Source: Bacillota bacterium
Lineage (GTDB): Bacteria > Bacillota > Sulfobacillia > JAJZYS01 > JAJZLH01
Assembly: GCA_021803575.1 (NCBI GenBank)
Contig: JAJZLH010000005.1
Location: 1 to 63,793, forward strand
DNA: 63,793 bases
Reading direction: 5' to 3'
Shown: positions 34,449 through 44,100 of the stretch, piece after piece
Layout of the letters: every line of letters begins with the position of its first letter
Numbering within the stretch: position 1 is the first letter of the stretch
The notes under the pieces: model-generated
Database searches by the model: none
Seen by the model: the letters and a program-made list of their open reading frames with translations, nothing else
What the model was told of the DNA's origin: nothing
Position numbers and translations under genes: made by a program

Positions 34449-34471
34449 GCCAGATCACCTAGGTCTCTTCC

Positions 34472-35515
34472 CTACCGAAACGTCGCCGTCGCACGGCTCA
34501 CGAAGATGGTGGTCGCCTCGCCGGAGAAGGTGTTGCCGCTGAGGGTGGTCCAGTGGATGGTCGCCGCCGGCAGCCCGGGCGGGAAGCCCGGCGGGGTCGG
34601 CTCAGCGATGACGGCGATGCCGGTGCTGGTGGTGGGTCCCTTGCCGCCGGCCGCAAAGGCGAAGGCGCCGTTGGCGATCAGGGCGTTGTTCTCGACCACG
34701 GTGCCCAGCACCACGTCGCCAGGCGTGTTGGAGTGGACGATGATGCCGGGCAGGTAGTTCATTTCCGCGACGTTGGCGAGGACATCGTTGTTGATGGCAA
34801 GCGTGTGCGGAGAGTCGGCGGCGATGATGATCCCGGCCGGGTTCTGGGCCACCACGTTATCCTCGATCACGTTGTTGGAAACGCCCGCCCCGGGGTTGTA
34901 GGCGGCGACCACGATGCCGCAGCCGACCTGGTTGCCGATCACCACGTTGTTCTTGACCAGGTTGTGGTAGGCCATGGACAGGGTCCCTGCCGCCGGGGCT
35001 CCAGGATCGATCGGCCCGTCGTCGGCGACGCCGATGCCGCCGTCGGCCAGGTTGCCGTTGACCGTGTTGCCAGAGACGGTGACGTAGGAGGTGCCGACCA
35101 GCTCAATCGCCTTGTCCTCGTGGATGCACGGGCCGGTCGGCTGCTTGGGCGGCGAGGGGCAGACCGTCGGGGCCAGCCCGTTTCCTTCCACCACCGAGTT
35201 CTCGATGGTGTCGTTCGCTGAATTCTGCACGAAGATGCCGTGGTTGTTGGCCCCCGTGATGTAGGCGCCATTCACGGTCACGCCGCTGACGCCCGGGCCG
35301 ATGTAGATGCCGTTGTCACAGCCGGTGGCGTTCACCACGCCGCTGATGGTCTGATTGGAGGTCGCCACCACGGCGGCGGTGAGGCCGGTCGACCCCGCCG
35401 GGAGGCAAGTGGTGGCGGCCGCGCCGGCCGGGCCGGCCCCCGCCGCAGCCACCAGGGCCAGAAGGCCCACCGTCAAGCCAATTGTCCGCATCACGCGCTG
35501 CACACCCTGAACCAA
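34472..35515 (-). CDS. Secreted right-handed beta-helix repeat protein (NosD/PbH1-like)
   Basis: Signal-like MRTIGLTVGLLALVAAAGAG (alternative start 35491). Repeated NGxxIxGxxN-type turns are present (VTVNGAYITGANNHGIFVQNSANDTIENSVVEGNG...). Confidence 0.7.
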   Translation of the reverse strand: MVQGVQRVMRTIGLTVGLLALVAAAGAGPAGAAATTCLPAGSTGLTAAVVATSNQTISGVVNATGCDNGIYIGPGVSGVTVNGAYITGANNHGIFVQNSANDTIENSVVEGNGLAPTVCPSPPKQPTGPCIHEDKAIELVGTSYVTVSGNTVNGNLADGGIGVADDGPIDPGAPAAGTLSMAYHNLVKNNVVIGNQVGCGIVVAAYNPGAGVSNNVIEDNVVAQNPAGIIIAADSPHTLAINNDVLANVAEMNYLPGIIVHSNTPGDVVLGTVVENNALIANGAFAFAAGGKGPTTSTGIAVIAEPTPPGFPPGLPAATIHWTTLSGNTFSGEATTIFVSRATATFR

Positions 35516-35865
35516 GACACCACTCCCCTTCTTCTGATCGTCCCCAGCTCAACCCACACACCGTCCTCCTAGCGGACTGGCCAAAAGGCCCCCGCCTGCC
35601 TGACGCCAGGCGGCCCTCTCCGTCACCCCCTTCAGCCGCTCGGCGGACGCCCTTCCGCCGACGCCCCGCCAGGTGCGCCACCGGTCAGGGCGATTATGGG
35701 CCCATGATCCGTTCCTTCTGCGTTCCCTCGGCCGGCTGAGCCGAGTCGCTGCCACGCCCTCGTTTCACCGCGCCGTCCCGGGGCTGGGCAGGGAACGCTG
35801 GCGGAACGGTCAGGGACCTAAATTGCTCCTGAGAAGGACGGATCCGAGTTGAGGAGGGAGCGCCG

Positions 35866-36783
35866 GTGAGAACCTCGCCGCCAGGAGATACGCTCAACCC
35901 GGACGGGCCCGGGAGTGGTCTCTGGGCAGGGCTGAACCAGCTGCCGGAGGACCTCCTGGCCACCTCCGGCCGCCTGCTGGCCGCCATGAGCACAGAGCCG
36001 GCCCTGACCAGGGCCAGGCGGGAGATGCTGAATGGTCTGGGCCTGGAGGTGGGCTCTCGGGTGCTGGAAGCGGGCTGCGGCAACGGCGCGGCGCTGGGCG
36101 ACGTGCTGCCCCTGATCGGAGGGCGGGGCCACCTGGTCGGCGTGGACGCCACCCGATCGTTCGTGACAGAGGCCCAAGCCGCGGCCCGCCGCCTGGGCGC
36201 CGCCCAGGCCGAGTACCAGGAGGCAGACGTCTGCCACCTGCCCTTCGCCGCGGGCAGCTTCGACGCCGCCTTCTGCGACAAGCTCTTGGTTCACGTCCGG
36301 TCCGCCCGGGAGGCTGTCGGCGAACTGGTGCGAGTCACCCGCCAGGGCGGCCGGGTCGGAGCCGTGGAGTGGATGGCGCACCTCTCGCTCAGCACGGCCC
36401 GGCCCGAGCACGAGGCGGGCATTAATGTCGCCCTCCGCCAGTCCGCCAGGAACTTCAGCGCCGGCCCCAACCTGGCGCGCATCTTCCGGCAGGCCGGCCT
36501 CACCCAGGTCGCCACCCGGCTCTACCTGGCCGAGGCCGAGTCCCTCTCCGACCATCCGTTCTGGCGGGCCTTCCTGATCGATCAGCTGCCTCTCCTGGTC
36601 CATGCCGGATTCCTCACGGCCCCCTGGGCCGACGCCTTCGCCGCCGATGTGAAAGCGCTGGACCGGGAGGGGAGCTTCCGGGCTGCCTTCGTGATCTGGA
36701 CGGCCTGCGGCACCAAGTCCGTCTCCTCCCTCCTGGCCGGCCCGCACCCCGGCGCCCCGCCGCCGTATGCAGGCGGCCGCTAG
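35866..36783 (+). CDS. Class I SAM-dependent methyltransferase
   Basis: Motif I VLEAGCGNGAALG and post-I/II segments (FDAAFCDKLLVHV). The start may be internal (ATG 35986, MSTEPAL). Confidence 0.7.
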   Translation: MRTSPPGDTLNPDGPGSGLWAGLNQLPEDLLATSGRLLAAMSTEPALTRARREMLNGLGLEVGSRVLEAGCGNGAALGDVLPLIGGRGHLVGVDATRSFVTEAQAAARRLGAAQAEYQEADVCHLPFAAGSFDAAFCDKLLVHVRSAREAVGELVRVTRQGGRVGAVEWMAHLSLSTARPEHEAGINVALRQSARNFSAGPNLARIFRQAGLTQVATRLYLAEAESLSDHPFWRAFLIDQLPLLVHAGFLTAPWADAFAADVKALDREGSFRAAFVIWTACGTKSVSSLLAGPHPGAPPPYAGGR

Positions 36784-36793
36784 GACGGAGTCT

Positions 36794-39700
36794 TCAGGCG
36801 GTGGGCAGGGCGGGCACGGTACCGCCGGCCTGGTCGGGAGGGAGTTGGGGACCCGCCCGTCTGGGGCTGCCATGGCGGGCGACATAGGCGTCGAGCCAGG
36901 GCAGGAGGTCCTGGACCAAGGGCGCGAAGGGGTCCAGCCAGTCCGGAAGCCCGGGCAGGTCCGGCAGTTCCGGCCGGCCGCCGCCGAGCGCCTCCTGGCA
37001 GCGTTGCCACCACACGTGGGGGTGGTATTCGAAGAGGGCGGAAACCAGCCCGAGTGCCCGCCGCCGGTCGGCCTCGGCGCCGCTCAGCTCCCACATCCGG
37101 AAGGCCACCAGCGCCCTCGCCTCGGCAGCCAGCGGCCGCCCGGCCACGGCGGCCATCTCTTCCCGGGCGGTCCGACGGGAGGTCTGGCCGCTGGCCTGGC
37201 GCCAGCGGATGCGGTTCAACTCGAGCCGCACCGCCGCCTGCGGTGTGCCCGCCTCCCTGACCGGCCAGGCCTCTTCCAGGAGCGGTCCCACCCGCTCCAG
37301 CCGGCCGCTATCGAGGAGCAGGTCGGTGAGGTGGCAGATCTGGAGGGCCAGGTAGCTGGGGATGGGGAAGGCCCGGGCCAGCGCCATGGCCAGATCGGAC
37401 AGGCGCTCACCGCCGGCTTTGTCCTCCTGCTCCGCCCGGCACAGCGCCAGCACACCGGTGATGACGCTGATCGCCCGCATGTCGTTCGTGTCCAGGGCCA
37501 GGCGCAAGGAGGCGGCCACCAGCCGCTCAGCCTCCGCCCACCGCCCTGCGCCCTGATAGCAGGCACCGAGGTTGTTCAGCCCGTAGCAGAGGTGCCGGCT
37601 GAGGCCGTGGCTGTGGGCCAGCTCCACCACTTCCCGCTGGTAGCCGGCGCCGGCGGCCAGCTTGCCGGTCTCCTCCAGGACGACGCCCAGGCTGCCCGTC
37701 GCCTCCAGCAAGCCGCCCAGGTCGCCGCAGCGTTCGGCGCTCTGGCGGGCCTGGTGGTAGCTGTCGGTGGCCGCTGCGTACTGGCCGCGTTCGTACTCCA
37801 GATCTCCCAGCCGGTTCAGGGCCGACACCGCCACAGGCAGCTCCCCGCACCGCTCGGCCAGGACCCTGGCCTCGCCGAGGAGGTGCTCTGCCTGGTCAAA
37901 GTCCTGACGCAGCCCGAACAGCTCACCCCGGCAGAGCAGGGCCAGCGCCCGCTGCCGCTCGTCACCGATGGCGGCCAGAACCTCTCCGCTGTCCTCGGCC
38001 AGCACCTGGGCACTCACCACGTCGCCGCCCAGGGAGAGGATGCGGGCCAAGCCGAGCCGGCCGCTGGCGGCGATGGCCAGCGCTCCTTCAGAAACGGCCA
38101 GCTGGATGGTCTGCCGGTAGGCCGCCTCGGCCTCGGCGGCCAGGCCGGCCTGGTACAGCATGTCGGCGCGCCCCAGCGCGATCTCGGGCTGCTCAGCGGG
38201 CGGACTGAGGGCCAGCAGCCTGGCACGGGCGAAGGCCGCTTCCTCCAGCAGGCAGGCGCGTTCGGCCTGGGCTGCCAGCTGCCGGTAGGCCTCCCGGGCC
38301 CGCTCCTTCTCCCCGGCTTCCTCCCACAGCCGTCCCTGGTCGCCGAGGCCGGCCCCGCTCTCAGCGAGGGCCCCGGCCAGCAAGCCAGCCAGCTGTTGCC
38401 GGCGCCGGGGCGCGATCTGGCGGAGTACCGCCTCCGCCAGGGCACTGTGGTGAAAAGACAGCCGGCCGCCCTCGTCCGCGGTCACGATCCGGGTCTGGAT
38501 CAGGTCCTCGACGCTGGACAGGCGGGCCCCCTTGGTGCAGGCGATCAGCCACCTTGGGTCGGCCGGCCGCCCGAGCAGAGCCAGTGCCTCGGCCAGCCGC
38601 CGCTCCACCGACGGCAGGTGGGCGAGGCGGCGGGCCAGGGTCGCCTGCATGGTGGGGCCAAGGCCCAGCTCGCTGCCGCCGCTCTCCTTCTCCAATAGCC
38701 ACAGCCGGGCCGCTTCCAGGAGGTGGAGCGGGCTGCCCTGGGCGATGGCCAACAGTTCGGCCTCCACCTGGGGCGGCGGTGCTGCCACCTGCCGGACCAG
38801 GCTGGCCGCCTCGGCATCGGACAGGGGCCCGACCACGATCAGCTGGCAGGCCACGGCGCTGCCCACCGCCTCGAACAGCTCCCGGCGGCGGGCGACCGTG
38901 CGGCGGTCACTGCGGCTGACAGCGACGAGCAGCGCCGGCAGCCGGCTGAGGTGCCTGGCTGCCAGCCGGATCCAGTCCCAGCTGTCCCCGTCGGCATCCT
39001 GCAAGTCGTCCAGCACCCACACGCATGGCGCATCTGCCACCATCGCCTCGACCGCCGCCATCAGGCGGCGCAGGCGCGACCCCTCCGACAGCGGGGCGAC
39101 CGCAGGGGCGTCCGGCCGAGCCATGGACCCGGGTGCGAGCAGCGCACCGAGCTCTTCTGCCCACGGCGGCGCCAGGGCGGGCAGCGGCGGCCCGCTGCCC
39201 AGAGCGCTGACCACCGCCTCCAGGCTTGGTCCCGGCACCCCCGAGGCGTGCCCGATGCGGGCGTTCACCCCCTGGGCGGCGACCCAGCGGGCAAACTCCC
39301 CGGCCAGCGCCGACTTGCCGATCCCGGACTCTCCCTCCACCCAGACCAGGCCAAACTGGCCGCGCCGGCTGAGGTCCCAGGCCGCCCGCAAGGACGCCCA
39401 CTGCCGGGTCCTGCCCACAAAGCTGATCTCACCGTCCGCAGGGGGCTCGGCGGCCAGCGCCAGAAGGCGCTGGTAGTCCTGCCGCAAGAGCTCTGACGGC
39501 TCATCCGAGAAGGCCCGGGCGAAGCGATGCTCCACCGCGCTCCAGACCTGGTGCAGCGCCTCCTTGCCGCCGGCGCTGGCCGCCAGTCTGAGCGCCCAGG
39601 CCCAGCTGGCCTCGTCTGCCGGGTTGCGCTCGGCGACGGCGAGGGCCAGTTCCAGCGCCTCCGGATAGCGCCGCTCGCGCTCCAGGAGCAGGGCCAGCGC

Positions 39701-40231
39701 CCGGCACAGGCGGTCATATAGCGCCGCCAGCCTGATCCTCGGCTCTTCTGCCCAGGGCTGAGGGCACTCCGGCAAGAGGTCGCCGGCATAGGCCTCGAGC
39801 GCCCGCTTGAGTTCACTCTCTCCGGCCGCCTGCCTGGCCAGCTCCTCGAACCGCGCCACGTCCACCGCCACATCGAGTTCCGCCCGCCAGCTGAGCGTCT
39901 GGACATCCGCGGCAATCAGGGCAGCGACCTCGGGCAAACGCTGGCTGAGTGCGAAGAGGGCCTTTCTCAGATTGGTCGCAGCCTGACTGGACAGACTGTC
40001 CGGCCACAGCGCCTCTGCCGCCTCCGCACGCCTGAGGCCTGGGCGGCCGGCCAGGGCAAGGAGCGCCACGAGCGAGCGCACGCTCCACAGCCCTGGGTCG
40101 GGCTGGGGCTCGCCGTCCAGGCGAATGGAAAAGCCGCCGAGCAGGCGGATTTCCAAGCTGCGGTGAGGCGCACCGATCCGAGCGGCGACCTCGCCGCCCA
40201 GATGCGCCGGGGCCGGTCCGGCAGAGGCCAC
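36794..40231 (-). CDS. SARP/AfsR-like STAND regulator (OmpR-type wHTH + BTAD + P-loop NTPase + TPR array)
   Basis: N-terminal LEIRLLGGFSIRLDG...NLRKALFALSQRL, a BTAD-like helical region and the P-loop VEGESGIGKSAL. Long TPR-like repeats fill the C-terminal half. Confidence 0.75.
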   Translation of the reverse strand: MASAGPAPAHLGGEVAARIGAPHRSLEIRLLGGFSIRLDGEPQPDPGLWSVRSLVALLALAGRPGLRRAEAAEALWPDSLSSQAATNLRKALFALSQRLPEVAALIAADVQTLSWRAELDVAVDVARFEELARQAAGESELKRALEAYAGDLLPECPQPWAEEPRIRLAALYDRLCRALALLLERERRYPEALELALAVAERNPADEASWAWALRLAASAGGKEALHQVWSAVEHRFARAFSDEPSELLRQDYQRLLALAAEPPADGEISFVGRTRQWASLRAAWDLSRRGQFGLVWVEGESGIGKSALAGEFARWVAAQGVNARIGHASGVPGPSLEAVVSALGSGPPLPALAPPWAEELGALLAPGSMARPDAPAVAPLSEGSRLRRLMAAVEAMVADAPCVWVLDDLQDADGDSWDWIRLAARHLSRLPALLVAVSRSDRRTVARRRELFEAVGSAVACQLIVVGPLSDAEAASLVRQVAAPPPQVEAELLAIAQGSPLHLLEAARLWLLEKESGGSELGLGPTMQATLARRLAHLPSVERRLAEALALLGRPADPRWLIACTKGARLSSVEDLIQTRIVTADEGGRLSFHHSALAEAVLRQIAPRRRQQLAGLLAGALAESGAGLGDQGRLWEEAGEKERAREAYRQLAAQAERACLLEEAAFARARLLALSPPAEQPEIALGRADMLYQAGLAAEAEAAYRQTIQLAVSEGALAIAASGRLGLARILSLGGDVVSAQVLAEDSGEVLAAIGDERQRALALLCRGELFGLRQDFDQAEHLLGEARVLAERCGELPVAVSALNRLGDLEYERGQYAAATDSYHQARQSAERCGDLGGLLEATGSLGVVLEETGKLAAGAGYQREVVELAHSHGLSRHLCYGLNNLGACYQGAGRWAEAERLVAASLRLALDTNDMRAISVITGVLALCRAEQEDKAGGERLSDLAMALARAFPIPSYLALQICHLTDLLLDSGRLERVGPLLEEAWPVREAGTPQAAVRLELNRIRWRQASGQTSRRTAREEMAAVAGRPLAAEARALVAFRMWELSGAEADRRRALGLVSALFEYHPHVWWQRCQEALGGGRPELPDLPGLPDWLDPFAPLVQDLLPWLDAYVARHGSPRRAGPQLPPDQAGGTVPALPTA

Positions 40232-40380
40232 GCCACCCCCTCCTTCCCAGGGGATGGGTGGCTGTTCGCTCAGGGGCTCCGAGTTCCTGTATCAGACGCC
40301 GCTGGGTGTCGCCTACCAGATGCGTTCAGGGGGTCTCATGTGCCCAGCCCAAACGGCTCTGCCAGGCGAAGGAAAGAGGC

Positions 40381-40758
40381 TCAGACCATCTCAACTCTGG
40401 CCGGGTAGCCGGCCAGCGCCGGGTCGTGCGTCACCAGAGCCAGTGGCTCCTGGACGGCCTGGGCGATCAGCAGCCGGTCGAAGGGGTCCCGGTGATGCGG
40501 AGCCAATGCGCTGAGCTGGGCCGCGTGACGGGCCAGGACCGGCAATTCATCGAATCCGCTGGCTCGGATGCCCTCCACCATCCCGGTCAGATCGACCTCC
40601 AGCTTGCCGATCGCCACCTTGATCGCCGCCTCCCACACCGAGGCGGCGCTGACGTACACCCGATCGGCATCTCTGATCAGCCGTCTGGCCTCACTGCTCA
40701 GTTCTGGCGCATCGGCCAAGTACCACAGGTAGACGTGCGTGTCGAGCAAGAGGCGCAT
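40381..40758 (-). CDS. vapC: PIN-domain toxin (VapC family)
   Basis: MRLLLDTHVYLWY...SAASVWEAAIK...HHRDPFDRLLIAQA fits the PIN pattern. The start is 1 nt after the antitoxin stop. Confidence 0.8.
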   Translation of the reverse strand: MRLLLDTHVYLWYLADAPELSSEARRLIRDADRVYVSAASVWEAAIKVAIGKLEVDLTGMVEGIRASGFDELPVLARHAAQLSALAPHHRDPFDRLLIAQAVQEPLALVTHDPALAGYPARVEMV

Positions 40759-40759
40759 C

Positions 40760-40993
40760 TCAGCCTTCGAACTCCGCCAGCACACTGTCGGGGAGCGGTG
40801 CGTCGAAGTCGGCCGCCACCTTGATCCTGCCCTTCAGGAATCCCGGTGCGCGATGGGGTTTGCCGTCGCCGAGCCCGACCAGACGGGCGACCGGCTGGCC
40901 TGCCTTGGCGATGACGATCTCTTCGCCGCCAGCCACCTCGGCAAGAAGGCGTGATAAGTGCGTCTTGGCGTCGTGGATGTTCACGGTCTTCAT
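40760..40993 (-). CDS. Phd/YefM-family type II antitoxin
   Basis: MKTVNIHDAKTHLSRLLAEVAGGEEIVIAKAGQPVARLV. ATG 40993 lies 5 nt after GGGGGTG. The track start GTG 40999 is also possible. Confidence 0.75.
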   Translation of the reverse strand: MKTVNIHDAKTHLSRLLAEVAGGEEIVIAKAGQPVARLVGLGDGKPHRAPGFLKGRIKVAADFDAPLPDSVLAEFEG

Positions 40994-41010
40994 GGCCACA
41001 CCCCCATCAA

Positions 41011-41048
41011 ACTAGACTTAGTCTAGTCACTACCAAGACGGGAGTCAA
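41011..41048 (-). promoter_or_regulatory. Promoter of the phd-vapC pair (TTGACT-17-TAGACT) with 17-bp palindrome ACTAGAC-TTA-GTCTAGT over the -10
   Basis: On the minus strand the -35 is at 41048..41043 and the -10 at 41025..41020. The palindrome spans 41011..41027. Confidence 0.55.
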
Positions 41049-41119
41049 TGGCAACTACTGCCGCGTGGAAGGGCGGCGGCTACCGACGGCCACCGGCAGG
41101 TCGGCGACCTCGACGCCGA

Positions 41120-44100
41120 TCACTTCAGCTTGGAGGTGCTCTGTGGCCCTGACGCCATGGCCGCCCTGACGCTGGGAGCGGAGCTGGCGCCGGCGGTGGT
41201 GGGCCGATGGCTCAACACCAGCGCCAAAAGCTGTGCCGCCTGTGCTCGGGTGGCCAGGGCCAGGGGCTGGAAACTGCCATCCGGGAAGCCGGTGACATAG
41301 CCTGCCGCCACAGCCTCCTCCACCCCCGCCCGGGCCCAGGGAGAGATCTGGGCCACGTCCGTGAAGCTCAGGGTGGCCGTGGTGGCAAGCTTCAGGGCCC
41401 GGGCGACCATCACCGCCATCTGGGCACGGGTCAGCACGGCGTTCGGCGAGAAGGCGGTGGCCGAGGTGCCCTGGACGATCCCGGCCCCAAGCGCCGCCGC
41501 CACATAGGGATCAAACCAGGCGCTGGCGCTCACATCGCTAAACGGCACCTGCCCGCTGTGCGGGGTGAGGCCGAGGACGAGGTCGAGCATCTTGACGAAC
41601 TCAGCCCGGGTGACGGCCTGGGCCGGCCGGAAGGATCCGTCCTGGAAGCCGGACACCACACCCTTTCCGGCCAGCGTCTCGATGGCGCCGTACGCCCAGT
41701 AGCCGCTGGTGACGTCTGAGAAGCTCGGCCCTGCCGCCACCGCCGCCTGGTAGGTGAACTGGTCGCCGGCGCTGGCGGGGCTGGTCCCGGCCGGCGTTGT
41801 CACCGTGACCTCCACTGTGCCGGAGCCCGGGGGCGACAGGGCGGTGATCTCGCTGTCCGACACCACGGTGAACGAGCTGGCCGGGGTGGTCCCGAAGGCC
41901 ACGCTCCGGGCGTCGGTCAGGTGGAGACCGCTGATCGTGACGGCCGTGCCGCCGGCGGCCGGTCCGCTGGCGGGCTGGATGGCCGTCAGCGCGGGGGCGA
42001 CGGCCACAGCGCCGCCACCTCTCACGGGCGGCGGGGCGATCGCCACGGCGAAGACGGTGCCGGTCAGCTGGGCGATTTCAGGAGAGGTGGCGGGCGTGGC
42101 CGTGAAGCTGAGACAGCCGGTCGCGGCGTCATAGCTGGCGGCTGGAGCCACCGCCTGCCAGGTGCTGCCGTCCAGCCACTCCAGGACGGTGCCGGCAGCG
42201 ACGTTGCACTGGGAGATGACGACGGTCTGGAACCCTCCCGTGGCTGGCGTGGAGACGGCCACGTCGAAGTACTGGCCGGCGGCGTTGAAGCTGGCAGCCA
42301 CGCCCGGGTCCGTCGTGTAGTCAGTGACGGCCACCGAGCCGGTGCCGCCCGAGACCTGGGCCACCGTGTCCGGCGTGGCGGTGCCCGCCCCCCCCGCCGT
42401 GACGCTTTGGTCCGGCGACTGGTCGGAGGCGTTGCTGGACCCGCTCACCACCTGGTCCACGCCCTCGGTCTGGGCGGTGGCCGCCACCAGGGCGATGGAG
42501 AGCGTCTCGCTGGCCGTCTCCGGCGTGGGCGAGCTGTCGGTGACGGTCACGGTGAAGAAGTAGACGCCGGGCGTGGTCTGGCCGGTGGCAGAGATGATGC
42601 CATAGGTGGGATCGAGACTGAAGCCCTGGGGCAGACCTGTCGCCGACCACTGGTAGGGTGCGACACCGTCGGTGGCCTGCACCACCGCCGCGTAGTAGCC
42701 GCCGGCCACGCCGCCCGGCAGCGAGGTGGTGGTGATCTCGAGCTGGCTGTTCTGCTGTCCGGCCGTGAAGCTCTGGGCTCCCGATCCGCTGCCGGCCAGC
42801 CCGTCGGTGCCGCTGTAGGTGCGCTTGGCACTGCCATACATGGTGGTGCAGGCGAAGCCCTCGACGCCGTTCTGGCTGGCGGTGAGCCCGCACTTGGAGT
42901 AGCCGCCCAGGCCGCCGGCGCCGCCGGTGCCGCCGCTGGCCAGGTTGGCCGCCCCGTTGTACGCGCTCTGCCCGCCAAAGGTGAGACTGCTCACCTGGAC
43001 GCTGGCCCCAGCCGTCTCATAGATCGCCCCGCCCTGGGCGCCGCCGCCGTTCCCGCCGTCTCCGCCCAGGCCGCCGGCGGCGCCCAGCGACTTGAGCGGC
43101 TTGACACCGCCCTTGCCATCGGCGCCGGCGGGCACCGTGCAGCCGTAGACGGGTTGCGACAGTCCCGCCTCGGTGTATCCGCAGGTGAGGCCGCCGGGGC
43201 CGCCGCCGCCGGGCGATCCCTGGACGCCGTCTGCGGCGCTGCCGCCGGGGCCGCCGTCGGCACCCGGGCCGCCGCTTGCCAGGTTGCCGCCGTCTTGGCT
43301 GTCCCCGAACACGGTACCGTCCACACTGAGGCTGCCGCCGTCCCAGATGGCACCGCCCTGCGCCATGCCGCCATCACCGCCGGCGCCGCCCACCCCGCCT
43401 GGGGCACTGTTGCCGCTGGCGCCGCCTGTCCCGCCGTCTCCGCCCTTGCCTGGGCTGCCGGTGCCGTGCGGGCATCCGGTCGCCGGTACGGTTACGTCAC
43501 CGCCCTGGCCACCGTTGCCGCCGTTGCCACCGACCCCGCCGATGCCGCCGAAGTTGATACCGGCCGACTGCTCATAACCGCCGGTGCTCCCCTCCGCCTG
43601 GTTGCCGGCAAAGTCGCCCCCGGTGATCTGGAGCGTGCCCAGGCTGTAGATGGCGCCGCCCATCGCCGCACCGCCGGCTCCGCCCACCCCGGACGCACCG
43701 CCCTGACCGCCGGCACCGCCGCTCCCGCCCGGATAGCCCTCGCCGCCGGCGCTGGCATTGATGCACACGTCACTGCCGCCTTTGGGACCTGTCTGCCCGG
43801 ATACGCCGAGCCCGCCCTGGCCGCCCTGGCCGCCGACATTGCCCATTCCGCCGCCGCCGCCCACCGCTCGGTTCCCGACGAAGTCCACATTCTTGAGGGT
43901 GAGGCTGCCCAGGTTGTAGATGGCACCACCTTGTGCTGTGCCGCCGGAGCCGCCGCTGCCGCCCACACCGCCGGCTCCGCCCGAACCGGCTGAGGTCGGC
44001 GACTCAGTCGCGCCGCCGCCACCGCCGCCGATGCCGCCGGCGCCACCGGCCCCGCCGTCTCCGCCCACACCGCCCATGGCCAGGTTTCCGGAGAAGGCGC

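Noticed and set aside
35694-36885. Minus-strand ORFs 35694..36281 and 35818..36885
   Set aside because: They are antisense to the SAM methyltransferase, which carries the GCGNG motif, and contain no motifs themselves.
36767-38698. 643-aa plus-strand ORF and several 100-300-aa ORFs on both strands across 36.8-40.2 kb
   Set aside because: They are antisense to, or off-frame from, the SARP/STAND gene, which has coherent wHTH, BTAD, P-loop and TPR order. The alternatives are Pro/Arg/Gly low complexity.
41921-43993. 690-aa plus-strand ORF (with neighbours 43173..43577 and 43920..44295)
   Set aside because: It is antisense to the Gly-rich part of the giant SLH gene. The translation is low-complexity Ala/Gly/Arg/Pro with no motifs. 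This is the typical shadow ORF of a GGC/GCC-rich high-GC gene.
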